This document shows, in pieces, positions 8,634 to 17,760 of a DNA stretch of 64,000 bases; position 1 is the first letter of the stretch; each line of letters starts with the position of its first letter. Made by a program: the position numbers and the translations under genes. The DNA lies in the IMG/VR virus record IMGVR_UViG_3300042268_000564; one strand, 5' to 3'. Source of the stretch: a virus (Duplodnaviria; Caudoviricetes). Under the pieces are notes generated by a model. The model searched no databases. It was not told where the DNA came from and saw only the letters and a program-made list of their open reading frames with translations.

Positions 8634-11228
8634 ATGACTGAAAACAGGCTTCCTCCGTTCATGGAGGCAAAGAAAGAAGAATACTCGGTTGCAATTTCTA
8701 TTTTGAAATCATTGCTTGCAGACCCTAATAATTTTACTGAGATGGACGCAGAAACAGCAAGGGGCTTACTCACTGGCAGATTAGAAACTCTTGAATCTGA
8801 ACTCGCTGTGCTACAGCAACAAATAGACAGCTTGGCTGCGCCTGCTGGATTAACGGGCGATATTGATACACATTTTCATAGTGCGGACAGAGACTTGACC
8901 TTGTCGTCTGGACAATTACCATTGGGCAATAATACCGATGAAGTTTTGAACCATATTAATAATAATGGCTCGTCCAATCCTCACAACATTACCTATTTGA
9001 TTTTAGGTGCCGACCTTGGCGGCATGACATTTACGGGGGCAGGACAAGCTACAGACGCGACAGACATCCCTAATTTTTTACAAGTTCAAAATGTGGTTAA
9101 TGATGCTGTAGTTGCAGCATTGGCTGGAATTGACATGAGTGGATATGAGCCAGCCTTCACTAAAAATACAGCATTTAACAAAAATTTTGGTAATAACGTT
9201 GGTGATGTTGCGGAAGGGAATCATGAACATGTTCCAGCACAGGTAGGGCTTGCCAACGTTTTAAACGTGGAACAGCTTCCTGCGTCCGAAAAAGATGCAC
9301 CCGGTGGTGTAGCGCCAATAGATTCTAATCGAAAAATTCCTTTAGAAAATATTCCCGACGTGCTTTTGGGACAAGTAAATTATGTCACAAATTGGAATGC
9401 AAGCACCGACACGCCGTCTCTTCCTGCTGCGTCCACGGTAAAAGGTGATTATTATATAGTTAATACTGCTGGCACCTATCAGTCAGTTGCTTATGAAGTT
9501 GGCGACTGGATTATATCAGATGGCACTGAATGGAGCAGAGTTAAAAATACTGATGCAGTAAGAACTGTTTTTGGTTTAACTGGCGACATTACTGCACAGC
9601 CTGAGCATTATGCTGCTTTTTATGAAACGAAGTTTGTCAAGAACACGGCATTTAATAAAGACTTCGGACAGGACGCAGGAACGGTCTCAGAAGGCAATCA
9701 TAATCATGACGGGGCATACGAGCCAGTGATTACGAAGAATACTGCTTTCAATAAGAACTTTGGTGTAAATGCAGGTGAGATTGCCGAGGGGAACCACGCT
9801 CATGTTGGATATGCTCTAAGCTCGGACGTAGGCGACATCACAAGCAATCCAATCAATGTTGTGTCACCTGCTGTATTCGCTGTAAATTCCGATGATGTGG
9901 AGATTGCGCACGTTGCGCCGTCTGATGTAACTACACCCTCGAAATATAAACTCGCATTAAATATTAAGAACGGGGCTGAATTCAACTTTGATTTTGCAAC
10001 AGACACGATAATATTGAGACCTGCAAACTCAGTGCAATTCAGTTCGCAGCACCAAGCGACGCCATCATTAACTACATTGCAGCCCGTGAGTGGCGAGTTA
10101 GGGTCTTACGAACTGGCAAGCAGTCCTTTGAGCCTTGCAGCTTATAATCAACCGGGCGGGCTGGGCACGCCAACTATTACCGTAGATGACTTTTCCCCGG
10201 GTGGCGTCAATCTTTCTGTCGCTGGCAATATTTCATCTTATAGTAGCGTCAGAGTTGTAATGACTTACCAAGATGCAGGCACGATGTTCATATCTTTGCT
10301 GGACAATACTGAGACACCGTTTGTGGATAATGTGCAAATGGCGAGTGATTTCATGGGGGGCTTCACTTATTATTACTCTAACGGTGATGACTCAATGGAC
10401 ATTTCTGTTTATAACACGTATACGCTTATAACGGGCAATACTTATAATGCTACATATCCTGTTAATGCACCTGTTGTAGTGGACAGATATTTTATTCAAG
10501 TTAAGGTTGATGGCACAGACTATTATATCGGTAATGATGGCTCTGTTTCTGACGGCAGCGACAAATCTTTGGCTATTTTGCCCGGAACAACTCTTGGTGT
10601 TCTGCCAGAACAGCTCGACAAAAATATCATTGAACTGCTTGGCACTACAAGTTTTGACGAAGCTTATTATAATAATAATAAAACAATTTATGGCGTCTTC
10701 AACGACATTAAAAACAAATTAAATACCAAAGCAACTATTGCAGATTTGAACAGTGCAGTTCCAAATTCAGGAACCATCAATATGATTCCTGAATTCGCAA
10801 ATACAGTTTTTGCCTCTTTAGGTGCCACTAATACATTGGGAACAATGAGAGGTGATTATGATATAGGCTCAAATAAAAATTGTTATAAATTCACTTCGAC
10901 AGAAACGTCTATTCAACAATATAGCATTATTTCATTTGTAGAAGTGCCGTATAACTTCAACGCTTGGTCTACAATAAATATGAACTATAAAACAGTTGGT
11001 AGCGGCATTGTCACGGTAAAAATCTTTGACTGTAACAATATTGAAATATTAACACTGCCCATGTCATCATCGGGTGATTGGGTCGTCAATAGCTTGTCGG
11101 TGTCTGATATAAACACGCTAAACTTGGCTGATTGGTCGGGGAAGCTTTTCAGAGTTGTGACAACAGTTGAAGCCAAAAGCGGTGATGAATGTTATGTGGG
11201 TGAGTTTGAACTTAATTATATAAAATAA
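8634..11228 (+). CDS. Probable virion structural/fibre protein with internal repeats
   Basis: AGGAGG RBS; Gly/Thr/Asn-rich; three YExxxxKNTAFNKxFGxxxGxxxEGNHxH repeats. Confidence 0.7.
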   Translation: MTENRLPPFMEAKKEEYSVAISILKSLLADPNNFTEMDAETARGLLTGRLETLESELAVLQQQIDSLAAPAGLTGDIDTHFHSADRDLTLSSGQLPLGNNTDEVLNHINNNGSSNPHNITYLILGADLGGMTFTGAGQATDATDIPNFLQVQNVVNDAVVAALAGIDMSGYEPAFTKNTAFNKNFGNNVGDVAEGNHEHVPAQVGLANVLNVEQLPASEKDAPGGVAPIDSNRKIPLENIPDVLLGQVNYVTNWNASTDTPSLPAASTVKGDYYIVNTAGTYQSVAYEVGDWIISDGTEWSRVKNTDAVRTVFGLTGDITAQPEHYAAFYETKFVKNTAFNKDFGQDAGTVSEGNHNHDGAYEPVITKNTAFNKNFGVNAGEIAEGNHAHVGYALSSDVGDITSNPINVVSPAVFAVNSDDVEIAHVAPSDVTTPSKYKLALNIKNGAEFNFDFATDTIILRPANSVQFSSQHQATPSLTTLQPVSGELGSYELASSPLSLAAYNQPGGLGTPTITVDDFSPGGVNLSVAGNISSYSSVRVVMTYQDAGTMFISLLDNTETPFVDNVQMASDFMGGFTYYYSNGDDSMDISVYNTYTLITGNTYNATYPVNAPVVVDRYFIQVKVDGTDYYIGNDGSVSDGSDKSLAILPGTTLGVLPEQLDKNIIELLGTTSFDEAYYNNNKTIYGVFNDIKNKLNTKATIADLNSAVPNSGTINMIPEFANTVFASLGATNTLGTMRGDYDIGSNKNCYKFTSTETSIQQYSIISFVEVPYNFNAWSTINMNYKTVGSGIVTVKIFDCNNIEILTLPMSSSGDWVVNSLSVSDINTLNLADWSGKLFRVVTTVEAKSGDECYVGEFELNYIK

Positions 11229-11233
11229 CGCTT

Positions 11234-11261
11234 TGTTGGCTGGTCAACTGACCAGCCAACA
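11234..11261. terminator. Hairpin, probable terminator
   Basis: tgttggctggtca-ac-tgaccagccaaca. Confidence 0.55.
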
Positions 11262-11290
11262 GTTCTATTTTGTTGTGGAGGTAAGAAACT

Positions 11291-12088
11291 ATGAGTTCGT
11301 CACCTTATGGTGAAAACATCGATTTATTGATGCGACAAGGGAAATTTTTCAGTTCAGCAGGGGATTGTCAATTTTGGCTGCCAGATTCAATTGATTACAG
11401 TAATTATACTACAGGGCTTGTCGCATGGTATGATGCGTCCGATTTGTCAACAGTCACAGAAACAAATAGCGTTGTTGATGAATGGCAAGACAAATCAGGT
11501 AATGGTTTTCATTTGCTGCCTGAATTGGGCACAACAATAACCGGACAATCGACTGTTAATGGATTGAATGTGTTAAGTTTCGACGGTGCTGCTAATTTAA
11601 TAACATTAAATGACATATTGCTTGCCAGTGCAGATACAGACACATATACCATATTTGCAGTTTTTCAATCTTCAGGTAGCGACATTCAACATTGTCTCAA
11701 GATTGGTGATGGAACATCGGGTGGTACGACCATTCAACTAAGAGCAAGAACTACAACTCAAGTGGAACATTGTTGGTGGACTCATTCTTATATGTCAGAT
11801 GTTGGAACATGGATTCATGGACGTCCAAATTTAGCTACAATTGCGAATGAGTATGGCGATGGTGGAATAGCTTATACCCGAGTTAACGGCATGGAAAATG
11901 TCTTTGACCACGGGAATAGTTTGAGCTTGAGTAATGGTGCAAAATTACGAGTTGGTGCAAGAAATGGCGTCAGTAAAGAATTCTTGTCAGGCATCGTTGC
12001 TGAAATAAAAATTTATGACATTAAGCTGGCAATTGAACACATCTTAGGAATAGAAGCAAGCCTTGTGGATAAATGGAATATAACATAA
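11291..12088 (+). CDS. Concanavalin A/LamG-like beta-sandwich protein, probably virion-associated
   Basis: LVAWYDASD...WQDKSGNG...GIVAEIKIYD pattern. Confidence 0.7.
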   Translation: MSSSPYGENIDLLMRQGKFFSSAGDCQFWLPDSIDYSNYTTGLVAWYDASDLSTVTETNSVVDEWQDKSGNGFHLLPELGTTITGQSTVNGLNVLSFDGAANLITLNDILLASADTDTYTIFAVFQSSGSDIQHCLKIGDGTSGGTTIQLRARTTTQVEHCWWTHSYMSDVGTWIHGRPNLATIANEYGDGGIAYTRVNGMENVFDHGNSLSLSNGAKLRVGARNGVSKEFLSGIVAEIKIYDIKLAIEHILGIEASLVDKWNIT

Positions 12089-12129
12089 TAAATTATTATA
12101 AAACAACATTTAAACTTAAGGAGATTCGT

Positions 12130-12624
12130 ATGGGAAAACTTGGCAAGCATCTTTTAACTGCTCAGGACAGCCAGCTCTTAAAAGAGCACCCTGAAATTAT
12201 TGAGCTATTGCAAAAAGCATATAATAATGAATATCTTGCGTGGCTCGCCTATCAACGTGGAAAACATGTTATTTTTGGTCCTTGGCGAGAGAACATCATC
12301 AACCACTTTGAAGAGCACGCTGAAGAAGAACTTGACCATTCAAATTATGTGGCTGATAGACTTGTAGCTCTTGGCGAAATGCCAATGCTTGATATGAAAG
12401 CACTTGAAAGAGCTAACAAGGACATCACGTCTACGAAAGATTGGCTTGAATTTACTGTGTTGCTCGAAGGTGAAGCGGTACAACTTTACGGTGAAATTCT
12501 AAAATTACTTGAAAATCATCCAGACATGAGAAATGTGTTTGAAGGTTATGTGACAACAGAACAGGGGCATTTTGAAGACTTTGAAAAAATGCTCAGAAAT
12601 ATGCCTGAAATTATGGCGAAATAA
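12130..12624 (+). CDS. Ferritin/bacterioferritin/Dps-like di-iron protein
   Basis: NE...Y, EEELDH...ADRLVALG, E..AV.LY and EQGH ferroxidase pattern. Confidence 0.8.
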   Translation: MGKLGKHLLTAQDSQLLKEHPEIIELLQKAYNNEYLAWLAYQRGKHVIFGPWRENIINHFEEHAEEELDHSNYVADRLVALGEMPMLDMKALERANKDITSTKDWLEFTVLLEGEAVQLYGEILKLLENHPDMRNVFEGYVTTEQGHFEDFEKMLRNMPEIMAK

Positions 12625-12646
12625 TAGACATCTTGCGACAAGAGGT

Positions 12647-12680
12647 AAAGGTGGGGGGCAGATTGCCTCTCACCTTTTTT
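12647..12680 (+). terminator. Intrinsic terminator
   Basis: aaaggtgggggca...tgcctctcacctttttt. Confidence 0.65.
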
Positions 12681-12685
12681 AAAGA

Positions 12686-13276
12686 ATGAAGAATACAAAA
12701 TCAACAAAAGTATCGGTAACAAAGCAATCTTTAGGATTGCGGGAAAATGTTACCTTAAAAAACTTATCGCAAAGCATAGCCAAACTTAACAAATCTGCAA
12801 TAACGGCTACCGTGAACTATGTTGCCAGACGGATTCTAAAAGAAACAAAGAATATGAAAGGCGAGCTAGTCTTAACTCGTAAAAACGGCGTGTTAAGCTT
12901 TGCTGTTCAACAAAAGCCTACAGTCAAAATCAATCCAGCGAATGTTTTTAAAAATAAAACCAATCAAATGATATCGGGGTATAAAAACCCTGCGAAGCAA
13001 GCCGTTGGAATCATGGAAATGATGGCGGATACAAAATTTGCAACTTTTGTAGAAAATATGCCAGATAAATTTGTAGAATCCAAGACGACTTTGGACATGT
13101 ATGCTATGTATAACAATATGATTAAAGACGCTTTTGGGAAAAGCAAAGTTACTGAGGACATAGACAGAGAACTTGCTGCCGCAGGGGTTGATACAACTCA
13201 AAGAGTCCCAAAAGAATACAGCAATAGTGTCGATGACATTAAAAATCGTTTCAAAAAGCTTGGCAAGAAAGATTAG
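12686..13276 (+). CDS. Hypothetical basic protein
   Basis: 196-aa ORF. Confidence 0.65.
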   Translation: MKNTKSTKVSVTKQSLGLRENVTLKNLSQSIAKLNKSAITATVNYVARRILKETKNMKGELVLTRKNGVLSFAVQQKPTVKINPANVFKNKTNQMISGYKNPAKQAVGIMEMMADTKFATFVENMPDKFVESKTTLDMYAMYNNMIKDAFGKSKVTEDIDRELAAAGVDTTQRVPKEYSNSVDDIKNRFKKLGKKD

Positions 13277-13716
13277 AGCATGTCCACAGCTTTTTTCTCA
13301 GCATCAGAGATGTTTGTAACGATTGTTGTTTTTGCTACAACCAGTTTCTGGAACGCTGGCAAAGTAGTTACTTTAGGTGCAACGGCTTTGATGAGTTGAA
13401 TCGCTGTATCAGTATCCATAAGAGCTTCGTCGGTTGAGTAGTAGCCTTTGTGTGATTTTTCATTCAACTTATCCATTGCTTCTGAAATAGAAACAACTTT
13501 TACCTGATTGGTTTTACCAATGCGCCCCCATGTGGTGAACGCTACATGATAGCCATGTGTTTTGATAACAAATACATGGTATTCTTTATTGTGATTGCTT
13601 TCTGTATTTTCCATGCGCACAACAACAGAACGAGGGTCGTTCATATCATTAGCGGCACGTCGTCTACCACCCATAACTGGGGTATATCCATTCATATTCC
13701 GATACTTGGCTGACAT
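13273..13716 (-). CDS. WGR domain protein
   Basis: NHNKEYHV...WGRIG...KGY. Confidence 0.8.
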   Translation of the reverse strand: MSAKYRNMNGYTPVMGGRRRAANDMNDPRSVVVRMENTESNHNKEYHVFVIKTHGYHVAFTTWGRIGKTNQVKVVSISEAMDKLNEKSHKGYYSTDEALMDTDTAIQLIKAVAPKVTTLPAFQKLVVAKTTIVTNISDAEKKAVDML

Positions 13717-13745
13717 ATTAAGGCTCCTTTTTTATTGTTATTTTT

Positions 13746-13773
13746 ATTATAATGAAATACAAAAAAATGTCAA
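13746..13773 (-). promoter_or_regulatory. Sigma70-type promoter
   Basis: TTGACA-N16-TATAAT; -35 box overlaps the ung stop codon. Confidence 0.75.
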
Positions 13774-14411
13774 GCCCATTTTATTTCTGGCAGGTCATTC
13801 TCTTTCAAGAATCTGTTGGCTTTGGAAAAATGTTTGCAGCCAAAGAATCCTCTATATGCAGACAGTGGCGAGGGATGTGTCGCAGTTAATACAAGGTGCT
13901 TGGAACTTGTTATGAGGCTTTGCTTTTTTTGAGACTGATTTCCCCACAGCATAAAAACTTTTGGCGAATTATGAGAGTTCAATATTGAAATAACCTTGTC
14001 TGTAAATTGCTCCCACCCAAAATCATGATGTGCCATAGGCTTCCCCAACTCGGTAGTCAGATATGTATTTAAAAGCAATACACCTTGTTTTGCCCAAGGG
14101 ATTAATGTTGGGCAAGGCGAGGCAGTTATTCCTATGTCAGATTGAATTTCTTTGAAAATGTTGGCTAATGATTTTGGGATTTTTACTCCCTGATTGACGG
14201 CAAATGCCAATCCATTCGCATTTCCCTTAGTAGGATATGGGTCTTGCCCTAATATAACCACTTTGACATTGTCTATAGGTGTCTCTACAAAAGCTCTCAG
14301 TATAGATGAGTAGTCTGGAACATAATTAGGATATGCTTTTAACAACTTCTCCATTATCTGGACAAAATAAGGTTTTTGCATTTCATTTTTTATTTCTTGC
14401 CAGTGACTCAT
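13770..14411 (-). CDS. ung: Uracil-DNA glycosylase, family 1
   Basis: GQDPY, GVLLLN and HPSPLS motifs. Confidence 0.95.
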   Translation of the reverse strand: MSHWQEIKNEMQKPYFVQIMEKLLKAYPNYVPDYSSILRAFVETPIDNVKVVILGQDPYPTKGNANGLAFAVNQGVKIPKSLANIFKEIQSDIGITASPCPTLIPWAKQGVLLLNTYLTTELGKPMAHHDFGWEQFTDKVISILNSHNSPKVFMLWGNQSQKKQSLITSSKHLVLTATHPSPLSAYRGFFGCKHFSKANRFLKENDLPEIKWA

Positions 14412-14478
14412 AAATATTCCCCTTTTGTTTGTCTAATAAACATTATAGAGGCACAGATAAAAAAGTCAAAAAAAAGAT

Positions 14479-14506
14479 TTGACAATTGTTAGTTGCTATT
14501 TATAAT
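14479..14506 (+). promoter_or_regulatory. Sigma70-type promoter
   Basis: TTGACA-N16-TATAAT. Confidence 0.75.
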
Positions 14507-14540
14507 ACAAGTAACAAAAAAACAAATAGGAGCCAAAATA

Positions 14541-16196
14541 ATGCGTATACTTGAACAGCTCGAACCCGAAGTAAGTCAGATTGTAAACAAAGTAAACAAA
14601 TCGAACTGGAATTCTGATTCAAAGAAATCTGAGACTGTATTGCAAAAACTGTTTGAAGCTCTGTATGACAAGTGCCTGAAAATTGCCAAAGGTGATATTA
14701 ACAAGGCTATGGCTATTTATCATTCTGCGAATTACATGCTTGATAATAGCAACCTGAATGCCAGAGACTATGAACTTATGGCTAATATGGCTCTTACAAT
14801 CAACACTAACAAAGCATCCGAACATAGAGTCGCAAATCCACTCCCTAATAAGGTTGTGAAAGAGATTGAAAAACAGGCAATGAATAAAAAGTGTCCAGCA
14901 GGGCATGTTAGATTGGCTGGTGCTCTCAAATCAGTTGTAGTACAGTCAAATGTAGCCGTGTTGACACCTTGGATTCCTGAAGACGATATCAATGATGTTG
15001 TATGTATGCAGTCCTCTTGGGGTGCACCTGCTAATGATAGCATTTTCAAAGCAGGGTATCTTGTTGTATACAGAACGAGATTCAAAGGTAAAACCAGTTA
15101 TCTCACTGATTTTTCAGATATTGAAGATGATGATAAGGGATTGACTGCATCCGGCTTTTCAAGAATTATTCTTGCCCTGCATGACAAGATTGTTGAAATA
15201 GACGGGGCAAGAGACGCTTACAACTTCTTTGAAACCCTTGTAAAAAATGTGGAGCAGGAAGTTGGTGAAAAAATCTTTGTAAATACCATCAAAGCCTATG
15301 CAGCGACAAAGGCTCTTAAACTCGATGGCAACACAAGTGCAGAGATTATCAACTGTATTCTTGCTCATAAAAAGCCACCTACAGGCGCAAGTGCACTCAA
15401 GATTGACGACAGCATCAATATCGAATCAGGGCTTGAATTGCTCTATCCTTTCACTCCTATTGTTTCCTCTCAGTGGCACAACAGACGACAGGATTACGGT
15501 TTTGTTGATGGACATTATGTTTATCACCTAAGTGCTTTCAAAGGTGCTTATACTCAGCAAATGCTTGTTGGTAGCAAGTTCAAAATCATGGTTGCTGGCG
15601 ATGTAAGTTATGTATTCGCTGGCAATGTGCAGCAAAATGCTTCTATCATGGAAGTGTCTGATTCTTGCAACCTGAACGCTGCTTATTCGCTTAAAATTGA
15701 CGTGGGCAAAAAAGTAATCGAGACAAACATTGATGAATTACTTTCAGGTGAATGTGATTTAACTGGACAGTCAGAACTGGTTGTTTCCCCGAACTTCATA
15801 GAAGTTTCTCAAACAGTGCCCGACAAAAGCTCTTTCACTTTCAAAAATGACATTGGTGATGTGGAAGTTACAGACAATGGTTTGCCAAGTTTTGTCAAAG
15901 CTGGCAATATCATATCTCTTGAAGTGGTATCAGGTGGCAAAAATAAAAAAGATGAACGTTTAACATGGGGCTTGCCAATCCAGAAAAGCGACTTCGACAG
16001 CATTCTGCCTTATCTGAAAATCCTGCATGGTCAGAACTTAAACATCAAAGACAGTAGGCAGATGTTATTCCAAGTTCAAGACAAGGCTTGTGGCGGTGAC
16101 AATAATCCTGCAATCAAAAAAATCAGCTCTATCGGTAAAGCAACACTGATTGCACAGATGATTCCGGGGCTGGAAAACTTTTTGCTTGACAATTAA
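14541..16196 (+). CDS. Large hypothetical protein upstream of the MoxR/vWA pair
   Basis: AGGAGCC RBS; long ORF. Confidence 0.75.
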   Translation: MRILEQLEPEVSQIVNKVNKSNWNSDSKKSETVLQKLFEALYDKCLKIAKGDINKAMAIYHSANYMLDNSNLNARDYELMANMALTINTNKASEHRVANPLPNKVVKEIEKQAMNKKCPAGHVRLAGALKSVVVQSNVAVLTPWIPEDDINDVVCMQSSWGAPANDSIFKAGYLVVYRTRFKGKTSYLTDFSDIEDDDKGLTASGFSRIILALHDKIVEIDGARDAYNFFETLVKNVEQEVGEKIFVNTIKAYAATKALKLDGNTSAEIINCILAHKKPPTGASALKIDDSINIESGLELLYPFTPIVSSQWHNRRQDYGFVDGHYVYHLSAFKGAYTQQMLVGSKFKIMVAGDVSYVFAGNVQQNASIMEVSDSCNLNAAYSLKIDVGKKVIETNIDELLSGECDLTGQSELVVSPNFIEVSQTVPDKSSFTFKNDIGDVEVTDNGLPSFVKAGNIISLEVVSGGKNKKDERLTWGLPIQKSDFDSILPYLKILHGQNLNIKDSRQMLFQVQDKACGGDNNPAIKKISSIGKATLIAQMIPGLENFLLDN

Positions 16197-16213
16197 TGAC
16201 GCTTGTTTATAAT
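16186..16213 (+). promoter_or_regulatory. Sigma70-type promoter
   Basis: TTGACA-N16-TATAAT. Confidence 0.75.
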
Positions 16214-16245
16214 AACGACAACATAACAAACAAAGGAGCCGAGAT

Positions 16246-17703
16246 ATGGGACTGCTAACAGAAATCGTTGTAGGCTGGGACAGTATAGAGCCGATTCTTC
16301 TCGCGTGCATTGCCTGTGAAAAGAATATTATTCTTAGAGGTAAGCATGGTGCCAGTAAAACAGCAGTGGCAAAAATCATTGCTGAATCTCTTGGCAGTAA
16401 GCATCGCCACTACGATGCTACAAAGGCTGACCTGATTACAATTGCGGGTATTCCAAACCCAAAATCAATCTCAGACCCTGAAAAGCCAAGGCTGGAATAC
16501 GCAAAGCACGACCAAACCATCTGGGAAGCCGAATACATCAGCATCGACGAACTTACTCGTGCCCCAAGAGAAGCGCAGAACCTGTGGCTTTCAATTCTTG
16601 AAGAAAAAACTCTTCAGGGGAAACCTCTTGTGTATAAGGCTGCTATTGCAACCATGAACCCTAGCACCTATGCGGCTACCAACAGGGTTGACGAGGCATT
16701 GTTTGACCGCTTTTACGCTGTTATGGACGTGCCTGACATTATGCGTGAAGGTGATGCCAGAAAAAATATATTAGCAATGCTGCAAATGACCAGAGACGGC
16801 AAAACTGTTCGTGATGAAAAACAAATTGCGGTGCTTGGACAAGCAATGGATGAGATTCGTTCTACATTCCAAAGCTTTAAGGCTCAGGATGCTCTTGTTA
16901 ATCCTGTTGAGAGCTATGTGGCTGCTTTCTTTGTTGAGCTGGCTGCTAACCACAAGGGTTATATCTCAGGCAGAAAATTTGACCATGTAAGAGACTGCAT
17001 TTATGCAGTAGCTGCATATTTCAAAACAATGGAGAACCTTGGCAGCAAAGTTAATGCACCTGACGGGTTATTTGCTATCGCTGCACAGCACGCAGTAACC
17101 TTTGTAGTTGGAACTGCTCTGGATATTCAAGCAACAACCATATTCTCTTGCCATGAAAAAGCCGTAAAAGTGCTTAAAGGGCTGTCTGGTTCTGCCTCTG
17201 ACACTATCCGCAAAGAGATTCATGCAGCAAATACCATCAAGAAAAGAATTGCTGTATTGGAAAAACATATCAACGCAGTAGCATCATTACCACCATCTGA
17301 GATGCACGCTGTAATTGCTACAGCGACTAATGATTCAATGCTGGTTGACTTTAAAGATAAGAAGGTAGATAAAAAATCTGCAATCCTTGGCGTGGCTGAA
17401 GCTGTTGACAATATTGTTCCATTTCTTGAAAAACTGCGCACTATGAAAAATCCTGCTGCGAAAGCTGCCGCAAGCTCAATGGCTGGCTCTTACCTCAGCG
17501 AAGGGCTGGCTCAGATTAACAATTTCATTGAATCAATGTCAGACAAGCTGCTGGGCAACAACACTGTAAGGTATGTAACCTACAATAAACTGGCTGGCAA
17601 AAAAGTTGAAAATCCTTTCACTAAAGTTTACGAGAACGGATTCAGCAACGGCATGACCGCAGCGGTTGAAAACCTGCTTAAAGAAATGCAGAAAATCAGT
17701 TGA
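16246..17703 (+). CDS. MoxR-like AAA+ ATPase
   Basis: GKHGASKT Walker A, IDELTRA Walker B, ATMNP, ALFDRF. Confidence 0.85.
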   Translation: MGLLTEIVVGWDSIEPILLACIACEKNIILRGKHGASKTAVAKIIAESLGSKHRHYDATKADLITIAGIPNPKSISDPEKPRLEYAKHDQTIWEAEYISIDELTRAPREAQNLWLSILEEKTLQGKPLVYKAAIATMNPSTYAATNRVDEALFDRFYAVMDVPDIMREGDARKNILAMLQMTRDGKTVRDEKQIAVLGQAMDEIRSTFQSFKAQDALVNPVESYVAAFFVELAANHKGYISGRKFDHVRDCIYAVAAYFKTMENLGSKVNAPDGLFAIAAQHAVTFVVGTALDIQATTIFSCHEKAVKVLKGLSGSASDTIRKEIHAANTIKKRIAVLEKHINAVASLPPSEMHAVIATATNDSMLVDFKDKKVDKKSAILGVAEAVDNIVPFLEKLRTMKNPAAKAAASSMAGSYLSEGLAQINNFIESMSDKLLGNNTVRYVTYNKLAGKKVENPFTKVYENGFSNGMTAAVENLLKEMQKIS

Positions 17704-17727
17704 CAATTTTAACAGCTTGGTTATAAT
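17700..17727 (+). promoter_or_regulatory. Sigma70-type promoter
   Basis: TTGACA-N16-TATAAT overlapping a TGA stop. Confidence 0.7.
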
Positions 17728-17760
17728 AAAGATAACCAAGCTGTTAAAGGATAAAAAACA

